Assembly: GCA_050239825.1 (NCBI GenBank)
Contig: JBFXGO010000014.1
Coordinates: forward strand, 1 to 46,810
Direction: 5' to 3'
Source of the DNA: a bacterium
Lineage (GTDB): Bacteria; Hydrothermota; 32-111
Length of the DNA: 46,810 nt
Shown in pieces: positions 29,941-39,176 of this stretch. The number at the start of each line of letters is the position of its first letter. The stretch's first letter is position 1. Below the pieces are notes generated by a model. That model saw only the letters and a list, made by a program, of their open reading frames with translations, did no database searches and was not told where the DNA came from. The position numbers and the translations under genes are program-made.

Positions 29941-30390
29941 TTACTCAGCTACCGAGCCGGGTGTAAGAGTGAGTTTTACATTTTCTCCATCTTTGCCAAA
30001 ACCCATAATTGTATATGTGGTTCCATCAAATACATCAGCTGCAGATGCATCTGAATAGAATCCGACTCTTCCGTCTGTTCCTGTCGTTGTCTCATCAGCA
30101 TCAGCGTCTATTAATTCAACTGCATCACCGGTAACTTCTGTTGTATTATAAGGATTCTTGAAGTTTGCAGGAAGCTCTGTATTATCTAAGTCACCTTCTT
30201 CGCAGTATCCTCCGGCATGGTCAACCGCTATTGTCTCAACAGTAACCTGCACTGTGTGCATATTTGACTTTACTGAAGCAATCTTTGCCTTGTCTATAAC
30301 TTTGACAAAGTTTGGTATTGCGACTGCTGAGAGAATTCCTATGATCACGACCACGATCATAAGTTCAATGAGTGTAAATCCTTTTTTCAT
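29941..30390 (-). CDS. pilA: Type IVa pilin (probable major pilin)
   Basis: MKKG/FTLIELMIVVVIIGILSAVAIPNF; GGAGG RBS; own promoter and terminator. Confidence 0.9.
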   Translation of the reverse strand: MKKGFTLIELMIVVVIIGILSAVAIPNFVKVIDKAKIASVKSNMHTVQVTVETIAVDHAGGYCEEGDLDNTELPANFKNPYNTTEVTGDAVELIDADADETTTGTDGRVGFYSDASAADVFDGTTYTIMGFGKDGENVKLTLTPGSVAE

Positions 30391-30431
30391 TTTGACCTCC
30401 TGATTTAAGATTTTGTTTTACCATATCAAAA

Positions 30432-30447
30432 AGCATTTTTAGTGCCA
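30432..30447 (-). promoter_or_regulatory. Sigma-54 promoter
   Basis: TGGCAC-TAAAA-ATGCT (GG-N10-GC). Confidence 0.8.
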
Positions 30448-30493
30448 AATGTAAACTTCATTCATTCAGACACTTAACTATATATAAAGAGCC

Positions 30494-30516
30494 TTAATTT
30501 GCATTTTGCAAATTAA
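30494..30516. promoter_or_regulatory. Palindromic upstream activator site candidate (PilR?)
   Basis: TTAATTTGCA-TTT-TGCAAATTAA, a perfect 10-bp inverted repeat about 85 bp upstream of the predicted +1. Confidence 0.5.
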
Positions 30517-30917
30517 AATGAGTGAGTTGCCGGAGTGAGCTCAAGAAGCGTGCTGTCTGTCTTGTTTGCATAACCTGTGATTTTATAGTATGTTTCATCT
30601 CCTTCATACTCAACTACTCCCTCTATGTTCTCTTCATCTTCATTCTGAATTGCATTTCCTTTAGAGTAAGGATTTTTGAAATTGCGTGGCAGTTCGCTTA
30701 CAAAACCCTCTATATTGGGGAAGTAAACAATAGTTCCGCTTTCAGATGCCATTAACTCTACTGTCACCTGAGTTGTATGCATGTTTGAAATAACAGATGC
30801 CGCTCTTGCCTTGTGAACAAGACGGTAAAAATTAGGTATTGCAATCGAGGTTAGAACCCCTATGATTACAACTACAATTAGAAGTTCAATGATTGTGAAA
30901 CCTTTAAGTTTTTTCAT
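30513..30917 (-). CDS. Second type IV pilin
   Basis: MKKLKG/FTIIELLIVVVIIGVLTSIAIPNF; shares SNMHT.QVTVE and ELP.NFKNPY with pilA. Confidence 0.88.
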   Translation of the reverse strand: MKKLKGFTIIELLIVVVIIGVLTSIAIPNFYRLVHKARAASVISNMHTTQVTVELMASESGTIVYFPNIEGFVSELPRNFKNPYSKGNAIQNEDEENIEGVVEYEGDETYYKITGYANKTDSTLLELTPATHSF

Positions 30918-30930
30918 ATACAAAATTATC

Positions 30931-30945
30931 GCAAATAGCGTGCCA
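30931..30945 (-). promoter_or_regulatory. Sigma-54 promoter
   Basis: TGGCACGCTATTTGC, a consensus match. Confidence 0.85.
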
Positions 30946-31063
30946 TACTTAATTACTTATATTTAATCACTTAACTGCTTTCAATCCATTGCTTTTCTTG
31001 CTGATTGGCAAATTGCAAAAACAATATTTTTCTCTTTTATTTTAAATCAAATTTATATATAAT

Positions 31064-32197
31064 ATGATAGTGAAGAAAATATTAATTGCAACATTCAGCG
31101 AAGTATCCTACGACTCCCGGGTTTTAAGATATTTATCATCCTCTTCATCCGAACATTTGGTAATATTGGCAGGATGCGGGAGTAAACCATCTTTAAATGC
31201 TGTTTTCGAATACATTGACCTTGGATATAAAGGAAAAAGAAAAAATAAGAATATTCTTGATTTTTTATTATATAATATAGCACTCAAAATAAAATTATAT
31301 CAAGTTATTAAGAAATACTCTCCGGACATTATCCATGCGAATGATTTTGAGACCCTTATTCCTTCTTATTGTGCATTCATCTGCAAAAAATCAAAAATAA
31401 TATACGATTCTCATGAGATATGGACAAAGAGAAGCGGCACAGAAAAGAATCTTGTTAATAGGTTAATAAATTGCATCGATGAGATAATGGAAGGTTTTGT
31501 AGTAAGGAAACTTGCTAATGTCATAACGGTCTCCTCCGGAATTTCAAAATATTTAAGTGAAAGATACAGGATAAAAAGACCCATCGTAATAATGAATATG
31601 CCTGAATCAACTGTCGGTGAAATAAAAATACCTGATGAGATACTCTCCTTTTTTGAATCGGTGAAGGAGAAGATAAAGCTTGTTTACATAGGACCGGTAT
31701 CAAGAGAGAGAAACATGGATGTTTTTATTGATTCATTCACTAAAGCAAACATCCCCAATCTGCATCTTATTCTGCTTGGCGACTCTTTTCTTGACAAATC
31801 TTATTTTAATAAAAACAATATAACTCTCTTTAATAAGGTTCCTGAGCAGATGCTCTATCCTATACTCTCTAAGTGCGACATAGGAGTACACCCAATGCGC
31901 ACAGATGAGTGCTTAAACCACAGATACGCCCTTCCGAACAAGGTATTTCAGTATATGCAGGCAGGACTTGCGCTCTTTGTATTTAAAAATGATGAGACTG
32001 ATGAAATTTTAAAAAAGTATAAAATAGGAATAAATCTTGATTTTTCATCCGAAGAGGTTATTTCCGAGAAACTGACTATATTTGTCAAAAATGACCTCTC
32101 TGAAATTAAATTCAACTCTGCTTCCGCTTTTAAAGAAATTCTTGAAACATCCGCTCCCTCAGTTATCTACAAGAGAATATTGAACAGAATAAGATAA
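31064..32197 (+). CDS. GT-B (family 4-like) glycosyltransferase
   Basis: YDSRVLR, PDIIHAND, IYDSHE, ALPNKVFQYMQAGL; the only + strand gene in the window. Confidence 0.85.
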   Translation: MIVKKILIATFSEVSYDSRVLRYLSSSSSEHLVILAGCGSKPSLNAVFEYIDLGYKGKRKNKNILDFLLYNIALKIKLYQVIKKYSPDIIHANDFETLIPSYCAFICKKSKIIYDSHEIWTKRSGTEKNLVNRLINCIDEIMEGFVVRKLANVITVSSGISKYLSERYRIKRPIVIMNMPESTVGEIKIPDEILSFFESVKEKIKLVYIGPVSRERNMDVFIDSFTKANIPNLHLILLGDSFLDKSYFNKNNITLFNKVPEQMLYPILSKCDIGVHPMRTDECLNHRYALPNKVFQYMQAGLALFVFKNDETDEILKKYKIGINLDFSSEEVISEKLTIFVKNDLSEIKFNSASAFKEILETSAPSVIYKRILNRIR

Positions 32198-32198
32198 A

Positions 32199-33548
32199 CT
32201 AATCTTTTATGCCGTACTGATTGAGCTTTCTGTAAAGCGTGGAATAATTAATGCCTAAAATCTTTGCCGCTGTTTTTTTGTCATTATTCGTTTTTTTTAG
32301 AGCCAGAAAAATCATTTTCTTCTCCATGTTTTCCAAAGTATCCAATTCGCGGCCGCTATCACCGCTTTCATTAGCCGATAAATCAATCATTGAAAGGTCA
32401 TCAGTTTTAATAATGCTGTCTGTCTTTATGACCATTATTCTTTCAATTACATTCATCATCTCTCTGACATTCCCGGGCCATCTGTAATTTTTAAGTTTGT
32501 CATAGACATCCGCATTTATCTTTGTTATTTTCTTAGAGTATCTTGTGCTGTATTTATCTACATAATAGTTGAAAATCATGGGTATATCGCTCCCCCTCTC
32601 CCTTAAAGGCGGAATATCAATCCGTATCACATTGAGTCTGTAAAAAAGGTCGAGACGAAATTTATTGTTTCTCACCTCTTCCTCTATGTTTTTATTTGTG
32701 GCTGATATAATCCGCACATCGACAGCCATTGAATCTGTGCTTCCTATGGGAGTTATCTCCCTCTCCTGAATTACCCTGAGTAATTTTGCCTGCATGTTTG
32801 TATCCATCTCAGCTATTTCATCAAGAAATATTGTCCCCTTGTCCGCCACTTTAAATAGTCCCTCTTTATTAGTATATGCCCCTGTAAATGCTCCCTTCTT
32901 GTACCCGAACAGTTCGCTCTCAATTAGATTCGCATTTATAGCCGCGCAATTGAATGAAATGAAATTGTTGTCCCTCCTCTTTGAGAGATTGTGAATCATC
33001 TTCGCGATTATCTCTTTGCCTGTTCCGCTCTCCCCCGTAACAAGGGCTGTGGAATCCGTTGGAGCGACATTCTTCACGACTTTTATTATTTCCCTGATTT
33101 TTTTGTCATCTCCCACGAACTCAACTTCATTCTTCACTGTCTGGACATTCCTGAGATATGCAAAACCTATCTTCTCTTCCCTGCTCTTTATTGCCCTCTC
33201 GATAATGCTTGTTAAAAGGTCTATATCTTCAACCTTCTCCAAAAAATCATAGGCATCATTCCTCAGGGCACTGAGTATGAGTTCCGCATCCTTTCCATAA
33301 GCTGTGATTAAAATGACATTGACAAGAGGGTCAATTTTTTTCAACTCTTTTAAAAGTTCGATTCCGGTCATCTCACCCATTCTTATATCGGAAATGACAA
33401 GGTCTATGTTTTCTCTGTTGAATATCTCCAGAGCCGTCTTCGGAGAAGTCGAGTAGGTCACCTTATAGTCGGCTTTTTTTAGTTTGTATTCAAGCATCTT
33501 GCACCTGTTTATATCATCATCAACGACAAGCAGATGGTACTTAGTCAA
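32199..33548 (-). CDS. pilR: Sigma-54-dependent response regulator
   Basis: Receiver domain (VVDDD, SDIRM), GESGTGKE, GAFTGA, WPGNVRE, Fis-type HTH. Confidence 0.88.
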   Translation of the reverse strand: MTKYHLLVVDDDINRCKMLEYKLKKADYKVTYSTSPKTALEIFNRENIDLVISDIRMGEMTGIELLKELKKIDPLVNVILITAYGKDAELILSALRNDAYDFLEKVEDIDLLTSIIERAIKSREEKIGFAYLRNVQTVKNEVEFVGDDKKIREIIKVVKNVAPTDSTALVTGESGTGKEIIAKMIHNLSKRRDNNFISFNCAAINANLIESELFGYKKGAFTGAYTNKEGLFKVADKGTIFLDEIAEMDTNMQAKLLRVIQEREITPIGSTDSMAVDVRIISATNKNIEEEVRNNKFRLDLFYRLNVIRIDIPPLRERGSDIPMIFNYYVDKYSTRYSKKITKINADVYDKLKNYRWPGNVREMMNVIERIMVIKTDSIIKTDDLSMIDLSANESGDSGRELDTLENMEKKMIFLALKKTNNDKKTAAKILGINYSTLYRKLNQYGIKD

Positions 33549-35097
33549 TGTTCCTCCTGAGTTTTATGCTGAAAATTGTCTCCCCGGGCTTTGAGGAGTA
33601 TTCTATCTCTCCCTTGTGGTCGTCCTTTATCAGTTTATAAACTATTGCAAGCCCCAGTCCTGTCCCCTTTCTTTTAGATGTATTGAAGGGCTGAAATATT
33701 CTGCTTTTTATCTTCTCGTCAATTCCGCTTCCATTGTCCTTTACTTTTATAAAATCAAAATGTTCATCTCTTTGATAAAATACTGATACTGTAGGTTTTT
33801 CAATATTTTCAACAGCATCAAGAGCATTTGAGATAAGATTCACCAACACTTCCTTCAGTTTATATTTATCTCCGTAAACTACTGCATTGAGAGGAATGCC
33901 TGATGCATCAACAATAGCCGCCCTCTCATCAACAGATGTAATCTCCTTTAAAAGTTCATTCAAATTCACCTGTTCCTGAACAATTGGCCTTGTGCGGGAA
34001 AACTCCAAAAAATCAGTGACAAGCTCGTTCAGTCTCTCTATCTCTTCAAGAACTATTTTAAACATCGGATGATTTTTTTTGTCCTCCGGCTCCTCATCAA
34101 TAAGAATTTTTGCCGCTCCCTTTATATTTGACATGGGATTCCTTATTTCATGCGCTATAGAAGCGGCGAGTTCGCCGATAACCTCCATCTTCTCTTTTGT
34201 AATAAGTTTATTTTCATATTCTATTATCTCCGTGATATCCGATATGACAATTATATAAAAATCCTCATACTTGCCTTTATAGGTTATTTTTTCGCTTGTC
34301 ATCGTGTAGTATTCGCTGTCAATCTGAAATTGATGCCTCTTCTGTGAAATGATGTGGGGCAGGAGTTCTGCGTCAATATCTCTGAAGCTCTTGTTGGTTT
34401 CGATTTTTTTAAAAAGCTCTTTGCTCTTTCTGTTGAAATCAGTAATAACCAGAGAGTCATTGAGTATGATTATCGATAGAGGAATATGCTCAATTATGTC
34501 TTTTATCCTCAGCCTAATCTTGGCTATCTCTTCAGAACTTCTAACCTGAAGCCTCTCCGACAAAAATCCGCTTATTGCCGCTGTTAAAAAGAATGAGAGC
34601 ACATATATGAATGCTTTGACAATTATATTTTCAAGCATGATATCGCTATAGACGGGATTTCTATAAGGAGAAATAATGAAACCGAAATACTCGCCGAAAA
34701 GAATGAGGGAGAATCCTACAGTTGACATTATTGCAGTCGCAAACCCTCCCTTTGCAAAAAGAAAGAATGACCCTGTTACAATATTCACAAAATAGAGTAT
34801 TTCAAAAATACTATTTGTTCCGCCCGTAAAATAAAGTATAGCAAAGATGAGAAGATTGTCGAACATAATCTGAACATAGTAGTAAAACGGCTTGTTTAAG
34901 CCCTTATACAACACAAAATAAAAAATGACCGACATCACTATCGATAGGATGAATATTACTATATGGGGAACTAAATTAACCTCAATGCCTCTTATGAGAG
35001 TCAGAATTCCCATAAGAGGTATTGAGAATACAATTACAAGTCTAAGTACTAAGTACCATCTGTACCTGACGCCGATTTTTGCAAACATTCTCGTCAC
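33541..35097 (-). CDS. pilS: Membrane sensor histidine kinase
   Basis: Multi-TM N-terminus with FTGGTNS, AHEIRNP, NLISNA, DNGSG, GTGLGL. Confidence 0.85.
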   Translation of the reverse strand: MTRMFAKIGVRYRWYLVLRLVIVFSIPLMGILTLIRGIEVNLVPHIVIFILSIVMSVIFYFVLYKGLNKPFYYYVQIMFDNLLIFAILYFTGGTNSIFEILYFVNIVTGSFFLFAKGGFATAIMSTVGFSLILFGEYFGFIISPYRNPVYSDIMLENIIVKAFIYVLSFFLTAAISGFLSERLQVRSSEEIAKIRLRIKDIIEHIPLSIIILNDSLVITDFNRKSKELFKKIETNKSFRDIDAELLPHIISQKRHQFQIDSEYYTMTSEKITYKGKYEDFYIIVISDITEIIEYENKLITKEKMEVIGELAASIAHEIRNPMSNIKGAAKILIDEEPEDKKNHPMFKIVLEEIERLNELVTDFLEFSRTRPIVQEQVNLNELLKEITSVDERAAIVDASGIPLNAVVYGDKYKLKEVLVNLISNALDAVENIEKPTVSVFYQRDEHFDFIKVKDNGSGIDEKIKSRIFQPFNTSKRKGTGLGLAIVYKLIKDDHKGEIEYSSKPGETIFSIKLRRNID

Positions 35098-36296
35098 ATG
35101 ACAAGATTGACCATTGAGAACATCGGCAGGTACATTGAAACCATCAGTCCGCCTACGACGGTTGCCAACAGAACCATTATTATCGGTTCAAGAGCGCTCA
35201 TTAGAGTTGTCACAGCATCATCTACTTCAGAATCGTAGAAATCTGCGACCTTGGTAAGCATCGATTCAAGTCCTCCCGTCTCTTCTCCGATTCGTATCAT
35301 CTGCACAACCATTGAAGGAAAGACCTTCTCTTTTGAAAGGGGCAGTGATATGGATTCTCCCTCCTGAATGGCAGTCCTTGCCTTTAGAATCGCCGCCTCT
35401 ATGATTGCATTTCCGGAGGTCTTTGCTGTTGTTTCAAGCGCAGAGATAATATTGACTCCTGATGAGAGAAGAGTGGCTAAAGTTCTTGTAAATCTCGCCA
35501 CAGCCTGTTTCTTCTGCAAATCTCCCATAACCGGGATATTCAAAATAAGATTGTCAAAGAAGATTCTTCCCTGCGGAGTCTTCTTGTATGAGTTTGTGGC
35601 TGTAACTATTATTGCCACGACAATCAGTATGAAAATTATATTGTGTTGAAGAAATTCCGAGAGCCACATTACTATTCTCGTGGGAAGCGGGAGCGTGCCG
35701 CCGAAGGAGGTGAACATGCTCGCGAATACAGGAATAACAAAAAGAAGCATGACTACCACAGCGACAACCATGACAACACTTATTACCACGGGATAAACCA
35801 TTGCGCCTTTGATTTTTCTGGTCAATGCTTCAGAGACTTCAAGATATGTGGCGAGTCTGGACAATATTGTCTCCAATGCTCCTCCCTCTTCACCGGCCTT
35901 CACCATGTTGACATATAGTTCCGGGAATGCCCTCTTGTGTTTTCTCATGGCATCTGCGAGAGTGGTTCCTGCTTCAACATCATTTATCATTTCAAGTATT
36001 ATCTTTTTGAAGGATTTGTCCTCCGCCTGCTCGGCTAATATTCTGAGACACTGCATCAGAGGAAGACCGGCCGCTATCATTGTAGAAAACTGTCTTGTAA
36101 AGAGAGATATTGTCTTTGTTTTTATTCCGCCGCCGCCAATATTGATCTCTATATTAGCCCAGTCGCGGTTTATTGATAAAACCTGCATTCCCTGCGATTT
36201 TAAAATTTGCCTCGCTTTTTCTATGTCGGGAGCTTCAATTGTGCCTTCCTTGCTCTTTCCGTCCTTGGCTTTTGCTTTGTATTTGAACTGTGCCAT
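35094..36296 (-). CDS. pilC: Type IV pilus platform protein
   Basis: FTRQFSTMIAAGLPL, AGEEGG, AMVYP, GEETG, LEP, YLPMF. Confidence 0.93.
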   Translation of the reverse strand: MAQFKYKAKAKDGKSKEGTIEAPDIEKARQILKSQGMQVLSINRDWANIEINIGGGGIKTKTISLFTRQFSTMIAAGLPLMQCLRILAEQAEDKSFKKIILEMINDVEAGTTLADAMRKHKRAFPELYVNMVKAGEEGGALETILSRLATYLEVSEALTRKIKGAMVYPVVISVVMVVAVVVMLLFVIPVFASMFTSFGGTLPLPTRIVMWLSEFLQHNIIFILIVVAIIVTATNSYKKTPQGRIFFDNLILNIPVMGDLQKKQAVARFTRTLATLLSSGVNIISALETTAKTSGNAIIEAAILKARTAIQEGESISLPLSKEKVFPSMVVQMIRIGEETGGLESMLTKVADFYDSEVDDAVTTLMSALEPIIMVLLATVVGGLMVSMYLPMFSMVNLVM

Positions 36297-36311
36297 ATTT
36301 CCCCCTTGTTA

Positions 36312-37397
36312 TTAATTACCGTTTGCTTTTCTGAACTCAGCGAGCATTTTCTCAAGTTCTTCGGGTTCTCTGGAGTTTGCCATCATATTGTCCAAGCTTA
36401 TATGCCCTGCCTTAAATATTTCGAAAAGCGCCTGATTCATCGTCTGCATGCCATACTTCTTTCCTGCCTGAATTAGCGAGTATATCTGATGAACTTTATC
36501 GTCTCTTATCAGAGCTTTAATAGCCGGAGTTCCCGTCAGAATTTCCATTGCCATTGCTCTGCCGCCTCTCTGTTTGGGAATGAGGGTCTGTGTCATTATT
36601 CCTATTATGACGAAAGCAAGCTGAGCTCTCACCTGCCCCTGCTGAGCTTCGGGAAAAACATCTATAATGCGGTTTATCGACTCTGCCGCTGAATTCGTGT
36701 GCAGTGTGGCAAATGTTAAATGCCCTGTCTCGGAAATTGTCAAAGCGGCTTGAATTGTTTCAAGGTCTCTCATTTCTCCTATCATTACAATGTCAGGGTC
36801 CTGTCTGAGAGCATACTTTAATGCGCTCGTAAATGATTTGGTGTCTGAACCAACCTGACGCTGATTTACAAGGCATCGCTTATGTTTAAATAAAAATTCT
36901 ATCGGGTCCTCAACAGTGATAATATGGCTTCTCCTCTCCTGATTTATCTGGTCTATCATCGAGGCAAGAGTTGTGGATTTGCCCGAGCCGGTGGGACCTG
37001 TCACAAGTATAAGCCCCTTGGGCCTCTTTGCCAATTCTGCTATTACAGGAGGAAGACCGAGATCTTTATAGCTCTTAATCTCAAATGGAATCTGACGAAG
37101 CACCATGGCGACATTGCCTCTCTGGCGAAAGACATTGCCTCTGAACCTTGACAGGTTGGGCACTCCGATTGAAAGGTCAAGCTCCCAATTCTGTTCAAAT
37201 GTTTTTTTCTGCTGGTCATTTAGCAGAGAATAAGCGAGATTCTCCGTGTCTTGGGGTTTCAGCACATCATAGTTCATCGGCTGAATCTCTCCGTCTATTC
37301 TGATACTCGGGGGAACTCCGGGCGTGAGATGAAGATCCGAAGCCTTTCTCTCCACCATCTCTGTCAATAACTGTACAATCGATGGTAATGGCGACAT
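36312..37397 (-). CDS. pilT: Type IV pilus retraction ATPase
   Basis: ASDLHL, GPTGSGKSTT, ALRQDPD, AIKALIRDDK, GMQTMNQ. Confidence 0.95.
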   Translation of the reverse strand: MSPLPSIVQLLTEMVERKASDLHLTPGVPPSIRIDGEIQPMNYDVLKPQDTENLAYSLLNDQQKKTFEQNWELDLSIGVPNLSRFRGNVFRQRGNVAMVLRQIPFEIKSYKDLGLPPVIAELAKRPKGLILVTGPTGSGKSTTLASMIDQINQERRSHIITVEDPIEFLFKHKRCLVNQRQVGSDTKSFTSALKYALRQDPDIVMIGEMRDLETIQAALTISETGHLTFATLHTNSAAESINRIIDVFPEAQQGQVRAQLAFVIIGIMTQTLIPKQRGGRAMAMEILTGTPAIKALIRDDKVHQIYSLIQAGKKYGMQTMNQALFEIFKAGHISLDNMMANSREPEELEKMLAEFRKANGN

Positions 37398-37405
37398 TTT
37401 TCCTC

Positions 37406-39175
37406 CTATTCCATAACAGCTGTTTCTCTTATAACTTCATCAAGGGTCGTTAGACCATTTTTTATCTTCATAATTGCATCTTCTCGAAGAGTATTCATAC
37501 CCTCTTTTCTCGCCTGCTCCCGAAGGTCCGATGTGCTTGACCTCTTTAAAATCATATCTCGGAGCTCCATTGAAATAGGCATCACTTCTGTGACGCAGAG
37601 ACGCCCTTTGTAACCTTTTCCCTTGCACTTGTCGCACCCGTCACCCTTTTCAAAAACCTGATGCCCCTTTAAAAGTATGGGATTGATGTCAAACTGTTTT
37701 AAGGTCTCTTCATCATACACAATCGGCTTTCTGCAGTTTTCACAGACCTTCCTTAACAATCTTTGCGCCTGAATGAGGTTCAAAGAAGCAGATACGAGGA
37801 ATGGCTCAATGCCCATATCAATAAGACGGTTCACTGTGGAGGGCGCATCGTTAGTGTGTATCGTTGAAACCACGAGATGTCCTGTAAGAGCGGCTCTGAT
37901 CGCTATCTCGGCTGTCTCGGAATCTCTTATCTCTCCAACAAGAATAACATTCGGCGATTGGCGGAGAAATGCTCTTAGAGCCACGGAGAAATTGAATCCT
38001 ATGTCCGAATTCATCTGAACCTGATTTATTCCATACAGATTGTATTCAATCGGGTCTTCAGCAGTCATTATCTGAATTTCAGGAGTGTTTAAAGACGACA
38101 ATGCCGAATAGAGTGTGGTGGATTTTCCTGAGCCGGTAGGACCCGTGACAAGAACAATTCCGTAGGGTTTGTGAATTGATGCCTGAAATTTTTCAAGAGC
38201 TTCAGGCTCAAATCCGAGTTTTGTCATCTCAAGCTGGAGAGAGGATTTGTCAAGTATTCTCATGACAACCTTCTCGCCGAACAGAACAGGTATTATCGAA
38301 ACGCGCAGGTCTATCTGTTTGTCCATCACCTTCAGTCTTATTCTTCCGTCCTGCGGAATGTTGTGAACTGCAATGTCCAATTCTGCCAGCAGTTTCAATC
38401 TTGAAATTATTCCGGCTTTAAGTTCATAAGGCGGTCTTATCAGCTCTGAGAGCACACCGTCAATTCTAATACGAACCTTGATATGTTTCTCAAATGGTTC
38501 AATGTGTATATCAGATGCATTAAGCTCAACTGCCTTCGTGAAAATATAATTTACCACCTTAACGACTGGCTTATCGTCAGCGGCATTGACTCCGTCGATT
38601 ACTGTCTCCTTGGAATCAAATTCCGCCATTACTTCAAGGTCATCACTACCGCCGGAAAAATCATCTTCATCTATATCTATGTCTATTTCCGCTTCATCCT
38701 CGTCAATGTCAATGTCAATGTCGTCTTCCGAATCAAACTCCGATACTTGGGTCTGCGCTTCTCTATACTTGCCGAGAGCTTTCTGAAGCGATGTCTCGGT
38801 TGTCACAACGGGTATTACATCAAGACCTGTTTTAAATTTTACATCATCAATTGCATTTAAATTGGCAGGATTTATCATCGCAATAAAAAGCATGTTTCCC
38901 ATCTTCTTATACGGTATGAGTCCGTGTTTGTTCGCCAACTCTTCGGAGACAAGATTTAAAACCTGTATGGGTGTCTCCTCTTTGTCAATCTGAATGAAAT
39001 CTGTCTTAAAATATTTGGCAAGAAATTTTGCCACCTTGTCTTCTGTTGAAAAACCGAGAGAGACCATTGTTTTGATGAATGTATCTCCGCTCACTTTCTG
39101 TTCTTCAAATATCTTCTTTACCTGTTCCCTGTTTAGAAGACCCGACATGACGAACAGATTCGCTAATGTCTGCAT
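37406..39175 (-). CDS. pilB: Type IV pilus assembly ATPase, paralogue 2
   Basis: ASDIHIEP, PQDGR, GPTGSGKST, AEDPIE, GEIRD, CENC...CDKC. Confidence 0.92.
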   Translation of the reverse strand: MQTLANLFVMSGLLNREQVKKIFEEQKVSGDTFIKTMVSLGFSTEDKVAKFLAKYFKTDFIQIDKEETPIQVLNLVSEELANKHGLIPYKKMGNMLFIAMINPANLNAIDDVKFKTGLDVIPVVTTETSLQKALGKYREAQTQVSEFDSEDDIDIDIDEDEAEIDIDIDEDDFSGGSDDLEVMAEFDSKETVIDGVNAADDKPVVKVVNYIFTKAVELNASDIHIEPFEKHIKVRIRIDGVLSELIRPPYELKAGIISRLKLLAELDIAVHNIPQDGRIRLKVMDKQIDLRVSIIPVLFGEKVVMRILDKSSLQLEMTKLGFEPEALEKFQASIHKPYGIVLVTGPTGSGKSTTLYSALSSLNTPEIQIMTAEDPIEYNLYGINQVQMNSDIGFNFSVALRAFLRQSPNVILVGEIRDSETAEIAIRAALTGHLVVSTIHTNDAPSTVNRLIDMGIEPFLVSASLNLIQAQRLLRKVCENCRKPIVYDEETLKQFDINPILLKGHQVFEKGDGCDKCKGKGYKGRLCVTEVMPISMELRDMILKRSSTSDLREQARKEGMNTLREDAIMKIKNGLTTLDEVIRETAVME

Positions 39176-39176
39176 A

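Noticed and set aside
29941..30390. Geobacter-type short conductive e-pilin
   Set aside because: Both pilins are full length (about 130-145 aa mature) and there are no multiheme cytochrome genes in the window
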